DNA of 64,000 bases, taken from Haliotis rufescens (lineage: Eukaryota). The stretch lies in NCBI RefSeq assembly GCF_023055435.1, contig NW_025963890.1:3720001-3784000 (forward strand), in the 5' to 3' direction. Under the pieces are notes generated by a model. It was not told where the DNA came from. It was given only the letters and a program-made list of their open reading frames with translations, and made no database searches. A program made the position numbers and the translations under genes. Shown one piece after another: positions 23,901 through 37,000 of this stretch (positions are counted from its first letter, which is position 1; each line of letters starts with the position of its first letter).

Positions 23901-26900
23901 TATGAATCCCGGTTCGCCCCGATTATGTTTCTAGGTTTGTCAGCACCATACCCGTGCTCGTGGGTTTCACCAAAGTGGTAAATGTCAGAGACCTGCATCA
24001 GTTCAGGCTTTCCTCCCATATTAAGCTGACACGCCATAATATAACTGTAATACTGTTAAAAACGGCATTAAACCCAACTTACTCACTCACTCGTAATACA
24101 TGAATCATTGTTTTATCAATGTACAGACCAGCCTCGTGACCTGTAAACCTGGATCGTTTCACCTTACAAGAAGATATTTTTTGCTTATACATGTAACAAA
24201 ATCATATTGCCTTAAATCCTCTAAATAACTTTTCTTGGAAACTAGATGAGAGTATAAGTCTTTCAATAGTGATGGCTAATTTCCTGACTTTGGTATTGCA
24301 ATTAAAAAATAATGTTTTTCTCTTCACATGTTTGTTCCCATAGCCTGTTTCTATGGCAGTCATGGTTTCTCTACCTGGACCCCGACTCACCGTCATGCTG
24401 CTGTGTCTGGGGCAGGAGGTAGCACGTGAGGATCTTCCTGTTGCTGTTGGTTTCTGGGTCATAGTCAGACTGCAGTGGGATCAGGGGGCGTGTCTGCAAT
24501 AGATAAAACATCAGTTACACCAACTGATCAGTGTAAGGGCTTGCTAAATTGTACTGATATTCAGATCATACAGATCTTGTGCAACAAAATTCCCACTTTT
24601 AAGTACGTTTTAACAAATTTGTATTCAAAGGATTCGTAATTATTTTGTTTTTACTCATAAGGTCTCAGATCTATCCAAGCATTCCTGAATCTGAAACCCC
24701 ATTTATGCATACATCTTTGAAAGAACTATGTATCTGGATTATTGGGGATTTACTCCATTGAATCACTTTACACAGAACACTGAATTAGTTTGTTTGTTGT
24801 TAAACGCCACACTCAGCAATATTCCAGCTATATGATGGCGGTCTGTAAATAATCAAGTCTGGACCACACAATCCAGTGATTGACATCATGAGCATAGATC
24901 CACGCAATTGGGATCGATGACATGCATCAACCAAGATAGCGAGCCTGGCCACCCGATCCCGTCAGTCGCCTTTTACGACAAGCATAGAAACTGAATTAGA
25001 ATAGGTCGCGAGCACTCTATTGTTTGTAGTACTGCTCGCTGACTTCATTAAGTCGGGTGGTCTGATACTTTGGCATACTGGATTGTATGTAGTCATATCC
25101 TGACAGGATGCAGGATGTTGATCATAATGTCGACCACTAGTTTTTCTGTAACAAATGTTATATTTGGGATAACACTTTCTTAGTAAAGTACAGATTCTCG
25201 TACTTTTTTTAGGTTGAGTCCCGTCCGGTACTTTACTAAGAAAGTGTTATCCCAAATATAACATTTGTTACATTTGACCACTTTCTACATGGCACTGTGT
25301 ATTCACTAGTTATTCTGGCCTGACTATTTACAGGCCCCAAAGACATAGCTGGAATATCATTAACTGCAGCATGCTTTTGCTTGTTTGTTGTTTAATGTCT
25401 CACTCAGCAATGTTCCAGCTATAGGACGCTGTCTCTAAATAATTGAGTCTGGACCAGACAATCAAGTGATCATGAGGTGAGGTGAAATTGGGTTTAACGT
25501 CGCGTCCAAGATTATTGCACTTATATAGCGACGTGCATGCACGTGTATGTGGGTGTGTGGCTGCTTGTACTAGTCCGGACTGATGCCGATTTATAGTGCT
25601 AGCTCACTGAGATACCATGCCGCAGTTTAACATGAATACCCCACTCAGACACAGTATACTGACTCCGAGCCGACCAGTCCTTGTTTTAGCCCCTTAATGC
25701 CGAGCGCCAGACAGTGTAACAATAAGTACAATCTTTTAACGTCTTTTTGTATGACGCGGCCCGGGATCGAACCCTGGACCTTCCGCTCTCCGGGCGGACG
25801 CTCTACCACAAGACCACGGAGGCGGTTAAGTGATCATGAGTATTGATCTAGACAAGTCCAAGTCGGTGATCCCGTCAGTCGCTTCTTACAAGCATAGTCG
25901 CCTTTTACGGCAAGCATGGGTTGCTGAAGACCTATTCCAACCTGGTCTTCACGGGTCAACTGCAACATGTAGCAAGAGACACAGAGGATTGTGGATGCTA
26001 CAACATGGCGTCTACCTGGTTCTCTGTCAGCCACAACGCCTGCAGCTCCTTCAGTTTGATGACGGAGAATGGCAGATGCTGGAGACGGTTGTCACTCAGG
26101 TTGAGGACACGTAACCGTGGGATACGGCCAATCTCATCGGGGATGTATGTCAGCTTGTTGCTTCGTAGAGACAGGACTGTGATTCCATTGCAACTGCCGA
26201 TCTGAAGCACAGATGTGTTTGCATTGTTACACATAAAATACAACACACGTTACAGAATCCTGTTTGCAAAAGTTTGCAAAAATACCTTCTCCATATCAGA
26301 TAATATAAAACATAAACATGTCCACAAAAAAGAACACTGAAAGAAAAATGACATTATGTGATATTAATGTTGATACATGTGATAGTCACATTATATCTTC
26401 CATATACATATCGGGTTCAAATCCTATATGGCGATCTTAGCGCTAAGATGATCCTAATTCCAATTCTCAGTCATAGCCCAAAGATCACTTTATGGAATGG
26501 GTCCACGTTCAAGAATATATCTTAGCGCTGAGACTTTTGTTACTCCCATTCTGAAGACTGACTTACGACAATCATAGTGCTAAGATCACTTTGTGGAACG
26601 GGTCCCTGAACTGCAATGATGCAAGAGGTGATGATATGATATTTATCGCAATCCCTGACATGCAATACCTTACGTATCACATTCTCAATAAGACACAGTG
26701 GTGTATAACAAACTGCCCATCATAAGTATAAGTGTATCAGTGAACCATTCATCTCCTAGCATTTTTTATTACGAAACGTAAACATTAGGTAATCTTATTA
26801 CATCACCGTAATATGAATATATTTTGTACAACAAAGATAAAACATGCTAGATCATATCTCTAACTACCATCAGCTAGCCATCAACACTCACATCGGCAGG

Positions 26901-27992
26901 TAGAAACTCCAGGAAGTTTTCATCAGCATAGAATGTTCTCAGATTGCGGAGCAGACCAATGCTAGCAGGCAGCGCCTCGATGTCGTTAGCGCTGACGTTC
27001 AACTCAGATAATGCCGACAACCTGCATCATCAGGTAACAAACATATTAGTTTGAAATAGGGAAAAAAGTCCTGCAAAACAATCTTCAAGACTGCTATTAG
27101 TTTTCATCCCAGAAGGGGATGCTGGTGATCATGTCAACCCTGTGTCAGTCACTCTCTCTTTTGTTTCTGTCCAGTGTACCACTTGCAATTGGGTAGTACT
27201 ATGCTTAAAGCCACATCGGACAGTGGTGTTTGTTTGTTTGTTTGTTTGTTGTTTAACGCCACACTCTGCAATATTCCAACTATATGATGGCGGTCTGTAA
27301 ATAACTGAGTCTGGACCAGACAATCCAATGATTGACATCATGAGCATCGATCCACGCATTTGGGATACGATGACATGCATCCAGCAAGTCAGCGAGCCTG
27401 ATCACCCGATCCCGTTAGTCGCCTCTTACGACAAGCATTATCGCCTTTTTAGCAAGCATGGGTTGCTGAAGACCAATTCTACCCCAGATCTTCATGGGTT
27501 CTGACAGCTAATATCCCGGAATATATATATTTAATTTCAAATTAATTCTTGTTAAAATTCTTTTAATGTCTTTTTCAGTCCTCACAAAGAATACATTAAT
27601 AGCTCTATATTTAATGATTACAGTGAAGTATATGAATATTTTTAGAACTAATATATATATTTTTGTTCAAATACTGAAACAATACAAGACAACTGAATAC
27701 ACAAATGATGTCTGTGATGGTGGATCCGCTGTGGTGGCTCACCCTCCAATTGTCTTGGGTAGTGCTGTCAGCTGGTTGTCATCAACCTTCAATGTGGTCA
27801 GGTTGTTCAAATTCCCTGTGGAAACAAGTCAGAATGTCATGATTCAAAGATAAAACTAACTGTCTGAGCTGATTGTGAGACACATAGCTGTAACTGTGCC
27901 ATCGACATGACAGATTCATTTTTATAAAAGCTAAAAATAATCATAAACAATGGATCACAATAAAGATTCCAAACCAGAATCTCTGTCACATC

Positions 27993-28061
<69 letters not shown>

Positions 28062-31000
28062 AGATATGAAAAAAATGACACAGACCTATTTTTTCAAACA
28101 ATTATTTGTACATTATTTAGTGACTGTTCATTTATTATACGTGGTTCTGGTGGGCATGAATAAATGTCACGTAAAATGGGGGTGCGGTATCCCCCCCAAA
28201 ATATCCTGAGGATGATCTAAGAACAGCTTTAGAGATGGGTGGGTCAAGGAAAACAAGAAATTAATTTTGACAAGCCTTACCTTACCTGTCAACTCCAGAG
28301 GTCAGAGATATCAAAATGTTGAAGAGTACCTACCAACTGAGTCCGGGAGTTCGGACAGGTTGTTGGTGGTCAGATGGAGATCAGCCAATGAGACGCAGCC
28401 TTCTATTTCCCTCGGCAAGTGCTCAATGACGTTCTTTGATGCGTCAAAGAATATCAGTTGATTTAACCTGCCAATTTTCTGGAAAACAAAATGGTGACAT
28501 AAAACATAACCATAGGAATAGGTAAAACAAAAAATGTTCAACAATATGACTTTCAAAACCAACTAGGTAAACGGGAACAAACAAAAGAAATGGTAGACTG
28601 TGACAATTTAAAGACAGAGGAATCCTGACCACACAATACCTATATAAGTGGGCTTGGTGTAAGACTGACTAAGTGGCCTGACCACCTGTTCAACAAAGAA
28701 TGCCCTACGCTGCACTCAGCAATGTTCCAGCCATATGACAATGACCCGGTAATAATCGAGTCTCGACCAACTAATCCAGTGATTGATATTGTGAGCTATG
28801 ATCCACTCCGTTGGGGAGATGAATCGCAATCAACCAAGCCTGACCTCCCGATCCATTTGGTAGCTTTTACGACCAGTACTGGGTCAAATGCCAACCTTGA
28901 ATCCCCACATGGAGAAAGCCTAATGACATGTGCCATCCATACATTGTTTCCTGTGAGTCTTTAATATGTATCCCGTAAAAGGCGACTATGCTTGTCGTAA
29001 AAGGCGACTAACGGGATCGGGTGGTCAAGCTCGCTGACTTGGTTGATGCATGTCATCGATCCCAATTGCGTGGATCGATGCTCATGATGTCATTCACTGG
29101 ACTGTCTGGTCCAGCCTTGATTATTTACAGACCACGTCATATAGCTGTAATATTGCTGAGTGCAGCGTTTAACAACAAACAAACATAATATGTATCCAGA
29201 AGTTAGTACATCACAGAGACACTACATAAATGGACATACAATGTTTCGAGGGTAGTTCCTACATCTTTATCAGGGGCCACTGACAGTCAAAAGCTGCAAA
29301 ATGACTCAATTAAACTCAGCATCATTTATTGATTCAGACTGACATTCACCCAAATTTTGATTATCAAGCTCAATTATCTCGATGTACCACTTTTTGTACA
29401 GGCACTATAGCCTGACAAGGCACTGTGCTTGTCCAAAACTATACACTACCTAGCCTATGTTTCATGGTCCCAAGGCTTCTTCTGGTGATCCTACTTACAC
29501 TGGTGACTCTCTTGATCTGGTTGTTGTCACACCACAGTTCCAGCAGAGTGGTCAGGTTGCCCACAACATCGGGCTGAAGGGAAGAAAAGTCAGCTGATAT
29601 GAAATCTGACCAAACACTTTCGTAGTTGGAAAAGAGAAGCACAACTAAATTAAACGCTAGAATGTTGTTTCTGAGGAATGAGTGACAAATTAACCTCTAC
29701 AGAACAAAATAATCAATAATATTGAGTGCATATTTATAATGTGCTACATCCACACCCTAAAGCATGCTCAGAGTGATACATTGTAACCATTTTACATTAT
29801 AGAGGCAGTTGTCTACTGGATAATTCACAACGTCATTGTTTGAGTGAGTGAGTGAGTGAGTATGGTTTTACGCCGCTTTTAGCAATATTCCAGCAATATC
29901 ACGGCGGGGGACACCAGAAATGGGCTTCACACATTGTACCCATGTCGGGAATCGAACCCGGGTCTTCGGTGTGACGAGCAAACGCTTTAACCACTAGGCT
30001 ACCCGACCGCCCCCCATGTCATATGAACCTTGAGCACGTATTGCCTTTGGTGCAAGTTCAACACTGAACTTTGGATGAATAGAAAAACAAAAATCTTCAT
30101 TTTTGCAAATTTTTCGCTTATTTATTTTGCAGATGAAACAACACAAAAGCAATGTTGGCAAGGGAGGAATATTTAAATCTTACATAATATTAGGACAAAC
30201 GATTATATAATCTCACAAACAATATGAAACAGGAAAACATATCTTACCAGCTCTGTAAATTCATTATTGCCAATGTCAAGTCTTTCCAAATCAGCAAGCC
30301 GGCTGAAAGAGTTTGGCAAGGTTTTCAGGTGATTTTCCCGAATCTCCAAGATCTTGAGATGGACTAACCTGCAGATCCAAATAAAACAGGTTACACTTTT
30401 AAAGGAATAGACAGTGAGTTAATGAGTCCATGTCCTTGATCACACATTAATGTTAAGCTTGAGAGAGCTTCAAATGTGGAGGAACAATCAAGGGGAGATA
30501 ACTGTGATCAGCCTATCCAAAGACTCCATGGCAAACATGGCAAAAGCTCTATTTTCATGTCTGACACATCCAAGTTATTTTGAATGCTTTTCCTCTCAAG
30601 GATTCTCAAGATTCCGCCCAGTTGCGTAACAAAATCGCTTTTGCTTCCTGTTAATTCCTTTTGCTCACTAGATGAGAAATCTTTTAGAGAGAGAACACAT
30701 GCCAAGAAAATCTACTGGGTCAAACATATATATGAAATATCAGTATACAATCATGCTGTTATCAGGTCTGAAAGACAGGCACTTACATATCCACTGACAT
30801 ACATTCAAAAATCTTAACAACCTACAGGCTCAAGTGATATGACTACAAATTGAGTGTCAATTCATATCTAATCCAGCACTATACATCTCTTAACCCACAG
30901 CCATATGCTTATCAGTGCATATCTGGAGTAGCCTAAATCTTTGTCACGAATGAAACGGGGAGATGGACTTACCTGCCAAAACTACCAGGTAGGAAGTCGA

Positions 31001-34000
31001 GGAATGTGTCATTGAGGAACAGGGATGTCAGATTCTGAAGCTGTGTGAACCCCTCGGGTAACCTGCAAATAGATTAGTCTCAGTAATGAAACAAGAAAAA
31101 AATGGCATAAAACATGACTTGATGAAGAGGTTTATTTTATGGAATGCCAACTTCCCATCAATACGAGGAATTGATGTCAGGTGTGGTACCTCGTATAAAC
31201 CTGTGACTGGCAGGTAAATCAAACATCTCCAGTGGAAATACCTGTTGTGCTAGGTTGAAATCAATTTTGAAACAAACAAAACAAACAAAAACAAACAAAC
31301 AAACAAACACCCAAACCCCAAAAACGTCTGTCTTCTTGTTTATACTCTCTGCACAATACAGATATAAAAGGAGCTCCCTCTGGTCATCTGAAATGTGACG
31401 TGATTTAGACTTCATATACTGTTCTATTTGATTGTCAGCACCTGTTTCATAATGGCTTAAATAAACCTGACATCCTAAGATCCTAAAATTAGGGATTCAA
31501 ACCCATCATCACTTAGTTTGTTGACAGGCATAAATCAACACAGCATGACTTTGTACCTTAGACCACTGGGCCACCTCTGTGTGTAGGTGTGCGAGTGTGA
31601 GTAGGAGTGAACGTGTGAGCGTGTGTACGTGTGCATGCATGCGTCTGTGTGGGAGTGAGTGAGTGAGTAGACATACTTCAATTGGCCCGATGAGACAGAC
31701 ATTACCACTTTGGAGAAATCAACAAACAGGGGTATGGTGCTAACACACCAAGAACTGTAAGTCAGGGCAATTCTGGGATTCTAACCCATGATCATCAGAT
31801 TCTGGAACACCCCAAGGGATGTAACTCTGAACACGCACGCCTCCCTTACAATAAGAAAGAACACTTTTCTTGGAACCTGCAAGTCTGGTATGAAGCAAAA
31901 AAAATGGCATACAAAGCCAGATAACAAATACATGCAATCAAGATACAAACATTTGTTCAAACTGTCTGGTCAAACACTCATTCAAATATCTGAGAGCTCA
32001 TTGACAGTGCATGACATTTTGTGGGGAGATTTTTAAATAGAAAAACAAATAATTGTCCTGACATAACGAAAGGAAAACAGTCACTCGTTGAAAAGGGTCC
32101 AAATTATTGCCATCTATAAACGCTCAGATCAAACAGTTACAAAAGTGGAAGCAAATTTATTTTGCTGGACTATTACCAGCAGACCTTCAGCAACTGTGAG
32201 AAATGAAAGCCAAGTAAAACATTTCATTATCTCAACTCAATATTTGTTTTGTTGCCACCATTTAAAGAAAAGAGTATATTCGTTCCTCTGTAAACAGGGT
32301 AAAGCAAAACTGCAGACAAACACGAAGAGAAAACACTAAAACTTAACCTGTGACAAATTCATATTGAAGATGAAATTTAGGTCAAAGTCAAAGTCCCATT
32401 TGTGATCATAAATTTGAGTATGTAAATATGACTTGTGGGAGAGAAAAAGGTTAGCTTGCGAAAAAATGTGGTGTTGGTGCTATAGATGGTGATTTGCTGG
32501 GCAGGTGTGCTGTGGGTCTATAGAGACGGATTTCAGGATCATATTCAGTGGGGCCATGCTGAGCATAAATTACAGGTTGTCACAAACATTATGAAGCATT
32601 ATTTATCATCTTAAGATGGGTTGTCTGTAGTATAGGTGAATAACATGCCATTATGGGTGTCATTGTTTACCCATAATGCTTCAGGTAGGCAAGTATCATC
32701 TCTCACCTTCGGCTTCATTGCTCTTGTATTTGTCTGTTTATTTGATCACAACGGACTATGATTGTGTGATCACGTGATATGGGGTTGCATGGAGTGGAGC
32801 AGGATTTGGGTGGGCAAGGATGGTGCAGATTTTGGGTTTGATTGGAGAATAGTTTGTTTTTTTGGTAGGGAAGAGCGGGATCTGAGTGGAGAGATGAGTG
32901 TGGAGTAGAGCAGGATTGAGGTGAGTTTAGTGGAATGAGAGGAGTGCATTTTTGGCAGAGCGGAGTTTGGGTGATGTCAGCAGAGTGTTTTGGAGTTTGG
33001 GTGGAGTAGAGTTTTGGCAGAGCGTAGTTTGGGTGGTGTTAGCAAAGTGTTGTGGAGTTTGGGTAGAGCGGAGTTTGGGTGGTGTCAGCAGAGTGTTGTG
33101 GAGTTTGGGCAGAGCGGAGTTTGGGTGGTGTCAGCAAAGTGTTGTGGAGTTTGGGTGGAGAAGAGTTTGGGTGGTGTCAGCAGAGTGGATTGGAGTTTGG
33201 GTGGAGCAGAGTTTGGGTGGTGTCAGCAGTGTGGATTGGAGTTTGGGTGGAGCAGAGTTTGGGCAGAGCAGAGTTTGGGTGGTGTCAGCAGAGTGTTGTG
33301 GAGTTTGGGCAGAGCGGAGTTTGGGTGGTGTCAGCAGAGTGTTGTGGAGTTTGGGTAGAGCGGAGTTTGGGTTGTGTCAGCAGTGTGTTGTGGAGTTTGG
33401 GCAGAGCAGAGTTTGGGTGGTGTCAGCAGAGTGTTGTGGAGTTTGGGTAGAGCGGAGTTTGGGTTGTGTCAGCAGTGTGTTGTGGAGTTTGGGCAGAGCA
33501 GAGTTTGGGTGGTGTCAGCAGAGTGGATTGGAGTTTGGGTGGAGCAGAGTTTGGGTGGTGCAGAGTTTGGGTGGTGTCAGCAGAGTGGATTGGAGTTTGG
33601 GTGGAGCAGAGTTTGGGCAGAGCAGAGTTTGGGTGGTGTCAGCAGAGTGTTGTGGAGTTTGGGTAGAGCGGAGTTTGGGTGGTGTCAGCAGAGTGTTGTG
33701 GAGTTTGGGCAGAGCGGAGTTTGGGTGGTGTCAGCAGAGTGTTGTGGAGTTTGGGTAGAGCGGAGTTTGGGTGGTGTCAGCAGAGTGTTGTGGAGTTTGG
33801 GTAGAGCGGAGTTTGGGTGGTGTCAGCAGAGTGTTGTGGAGTTTGGGTAGAGCGGAGTTTGGGTGGTGTCAGCAGAGTGTTGTGGAGTTTGGGTAGAGCG
33901 GAGTTTGGGTGGTGTCAGCAGAGTGTTGTGGAGTTTGGGTAGAGCGGAGTTTGGGTGGTGTCAGCAGTGTGTTGTGGAGTTTGGGCAGAGCGGAGTTTGG

Positions 34001-37000
34001 GTGGTGTCAGCAGAGTGGATTGGAGTTTGGGTGGAGCAGAGTTTGGGTGGTGTCAGCAGAGTGTTGTGGAGTTTGGGTAGAGCGGTGTTTGGGTTGTGTC
34101 AGCAGTGTGTTGTGGAGTTTGGGCAGAGCAGAGTTTGGGTGGTGTCAGCAGAGTGGATTGGAGTTTGGGTGGAGCAGAGTTTGGGTGGTGTCAGCAGAGT
34201 GGATTGGAGTTTGGGTGGAGCAGAGTTTGGGCAGAGCAGAGTTTGGGTGGTGTCAGCAGAGTGTTGTGGAGTTTGGGCAGAGCGGAGTTTGGGTGGTGTC
34301 AGCAGAGTGTTGTGGAGTTTGGGCAGAGCGGAGTTTGGGTGGTGTCAGCAGAGTGTTGTGGAGTTTGGGCAGAGCGGAGTTTGGGTGGTGTCAGCAGAGT
34401 GTTGTGGAGTTTGGGCAGAGCGGAGTTTGGGTGGTGTCAGCAGTGTGTTGTGGAGTTTGGGTGGAGCGGAGTTTGGGTGGTGTCAGCAGAGTGGATTGGA
34501 GTTTGGGTGGAGCAGAGTTTGGGCAGAGCAGAGTTTGGGTGGTGTCAGCAGAGTGTTGTGGAGTTTGGGCAGAGCGGAGTTTGGGTGGTGTCAGCAGAGT
34601 GTTGTGGAGTTTGGGCAGAGCGGAGTTTGGGTGGTGTCAGCAGAGTGTTGTGGAGTTTGGGCAGAGCGGAGTTTGGGTGGTGTCAGCAGAGTGTTGTGGA
34701 GTTTGGGCAGAGCGGAGTTTGGGTGGTGTCAGCAGTGTGTTGTGGAGTTTGGGTGGAGCGGAGTTTGGGTGGTGTCAGCAGAGTGGATTGGAGTTTGGGT
34801 GGAGCAGAGTTTGGGCAGAGCAGAGTTTGGGTGGTGTCAGCAGAGTGTTGTGGAGTTTGGGCAGAGCGGAGTTTGGGTTGGTGTCAGCAGAGCGGATTGG
34901 AGTTTGGGTGGAGCAGAGTTTGGGCAGAGCAGAGTTTGGGTGGTGTCAGCAGAGTGTTGTGGAGTTTGGGCAGAGCGGAGTTTGGGTGGTGTCAGCAGAG
35001 TGTTGTGGAGTTTGGGTAGAGCGGAGTTTGGGTTGTGGAGTTTGGGCAGAGCGGAGTTTGGGTGGTGTCAGCAGAGTGTTGTGGAGTTTGGGCAGAGCAG
35101 AGTTTTGGTGGTGTCAGCAGAGTGATGTGGAGTTTGGGCAGAGCGGAGTTTGGGTGGTGTCAGCAGAGTGTTGTGGAGTTTGGGTAGAGCAGAGTTTGGG
35201 TGGTGTCAGCAGAGTGTTGTGGAGTTTGGGTAGAGCAGAGTTTGGGTTGTGGAGTTTTGGCAGAGCGGAGTTTGGGTGGTGTCAGCAGAGTGTTGTGGAG
35301 TTTGGGTAGAGCGGAGTTTGGGTGGTGTCAGCAGAGTGTTGTGGAGTTTGGGCAGAGCGGAGTTTGGGTGGTGTCAGCAGAGTGTTGTGGAGTTTGGGCA
35401 GAGCGGAGTTTGGGTGGTGTCAGCAGAGTGTTGTGGAGTTTGGGTAGAGCAGAGTTTGGGTGGTGTCAGCAGAGTGTTGTGGAGTTTGGGTAGAGCGGAG
35501 TTTGGGTTGTGGAGTTTGGGCAGAGCGGAGTTTGGGTGGTGTCAGCAGAGTGTTGTGGAGTTTGGGCAGAGCGGAGTTTGGGTGGTGTCAGCAGAGTGTT
35601 GTGGAGTTTGGGTAGAGCGGAGTTTGGGTGGTGTCAGCAGAGTGTTGTGGAGTTTGGGTAGAGCGGAGTTTGGGTGGTGTCAGCAGTGTGTTGTGGAGTT
35701 TGGGCAGAGCGGAGTTTGGGTGGTGTCAGCAGAGTGGATTGGAGTTTGGGTGGAGCAGAGTTTGGGTGGTGTCAGCAGAGTGTTGTGGAGTTTGGGTAGA
35801 GCGGTGTTTGGGTTGTGTCAGCAGTGTGTTGTGGAGTTTGGGCAGAGCAGAGTTTGGGTGGTGTCAGCAGAGTGGATTGGAGTTTGGGTGGAGCAGAGTT
35901 TGGGTGGTGTCAGCAGAGTGGATTGGAGTTTGGGTGGAGCAGAGTTTGGGCAGAGCAGAGTTTGGGTGGTGTCAGCAGAGTGTTGTGGAGTTTGGGCAGA
36001 GCGGAGTTTGGGTGGTGTCAGCAGAGTGTTGTGGAGTTTGGGCAGAGCGGAGTTTGGGTGGTGTCAGCAGAGTGTTGTGGAGTTTGGGCAGAGCGGAGTT
36101 TGGGTGGTGTCAGCAGAGTGTTGTGGAGTTTGGGCAGAGCGGAGTTTGGGTGGTGTCAGCAGTGTGTTGTGGAGTTTGGGTGGAGCGGAGTTTGGGTGGT
36201 GTCAGCAGAGTGGATTGGAGTTTGGGTGGAGCAGAGTTTGGGCAGAGCAGAGTTTGGGTGGTGTCAGCAGAGTGTTGTGGAGTTTGGGCAGAGCGGAGTT
36301 TGGGTGGTGTCAGCAGAGTGTTGTGGAGTTTGGGCAGAGCGGAATTTGGGTGGTGTCAGCAGAGTGTTGTGGAGTTTGGGCAGAGCGGAGTTTGGGTGGT
36401 GTCAGCAGAGTGTTGTGGAGTTTGGGCAGAGCGGAGTTTGGGTGGTGTCAGCAGTGTGTTGTGGAGTTTGGGTGGAGCGGAGTTTGGGTGGTGTCAGCAG
36501 AGTGGATTGGAGTTTGGGTGGAGCAGAGTTTGGGCAGAGCAGAGTTTGGGTGGTGTCAGCAGAGTGTTGTGGAGTTTGGGCAGAGCGGAGTTTGGGTTGG
36601 TGTCAGCAGAGCGGATTGGAGTTTGGGTGGAGCAGAGTTTGGGCAGAGCAGAGTTTGGGTGGTGTCAGCAGAGTGTTGTGGAGTTTGGGCAGAGCGGAGT
36701 TTGGGTGGTGTCAGCAGAGTGTTGTGGAGTTTGGGTAGAGCGGAGTTTGGGTTGTGGAGTTTGGGCAGAGCGGAGTTTGGGTGGTGTCAGCAGAGTGTTG
36801 TGGAGTTTGGGCAGAGCAGAGTTTTGGTGGTGTCAGCAGAGTGATGTGGAGTTTGGGCAGAGCGGAGTTTGGGTGGTGTCAGCAGAGTGTTGTGGAGTTT
36901 GGGTAGAGCAGAGTTTGGGTGGTGTCAGCAGAGTGTTGTGGAGTTTGGGTAGAGCAGAGTTTGGGTTGTGGAGTTTGGGCAGAGCGGAGTTTGGGTGGTG

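Noticed and set aside
27400-27501. Calling the family C head an HDV-like ribozyme
   Set aside because: A hairpin followed by CTAA is suggestive, but I cannot find the P3/L3 and P1.1 elements in the required order.
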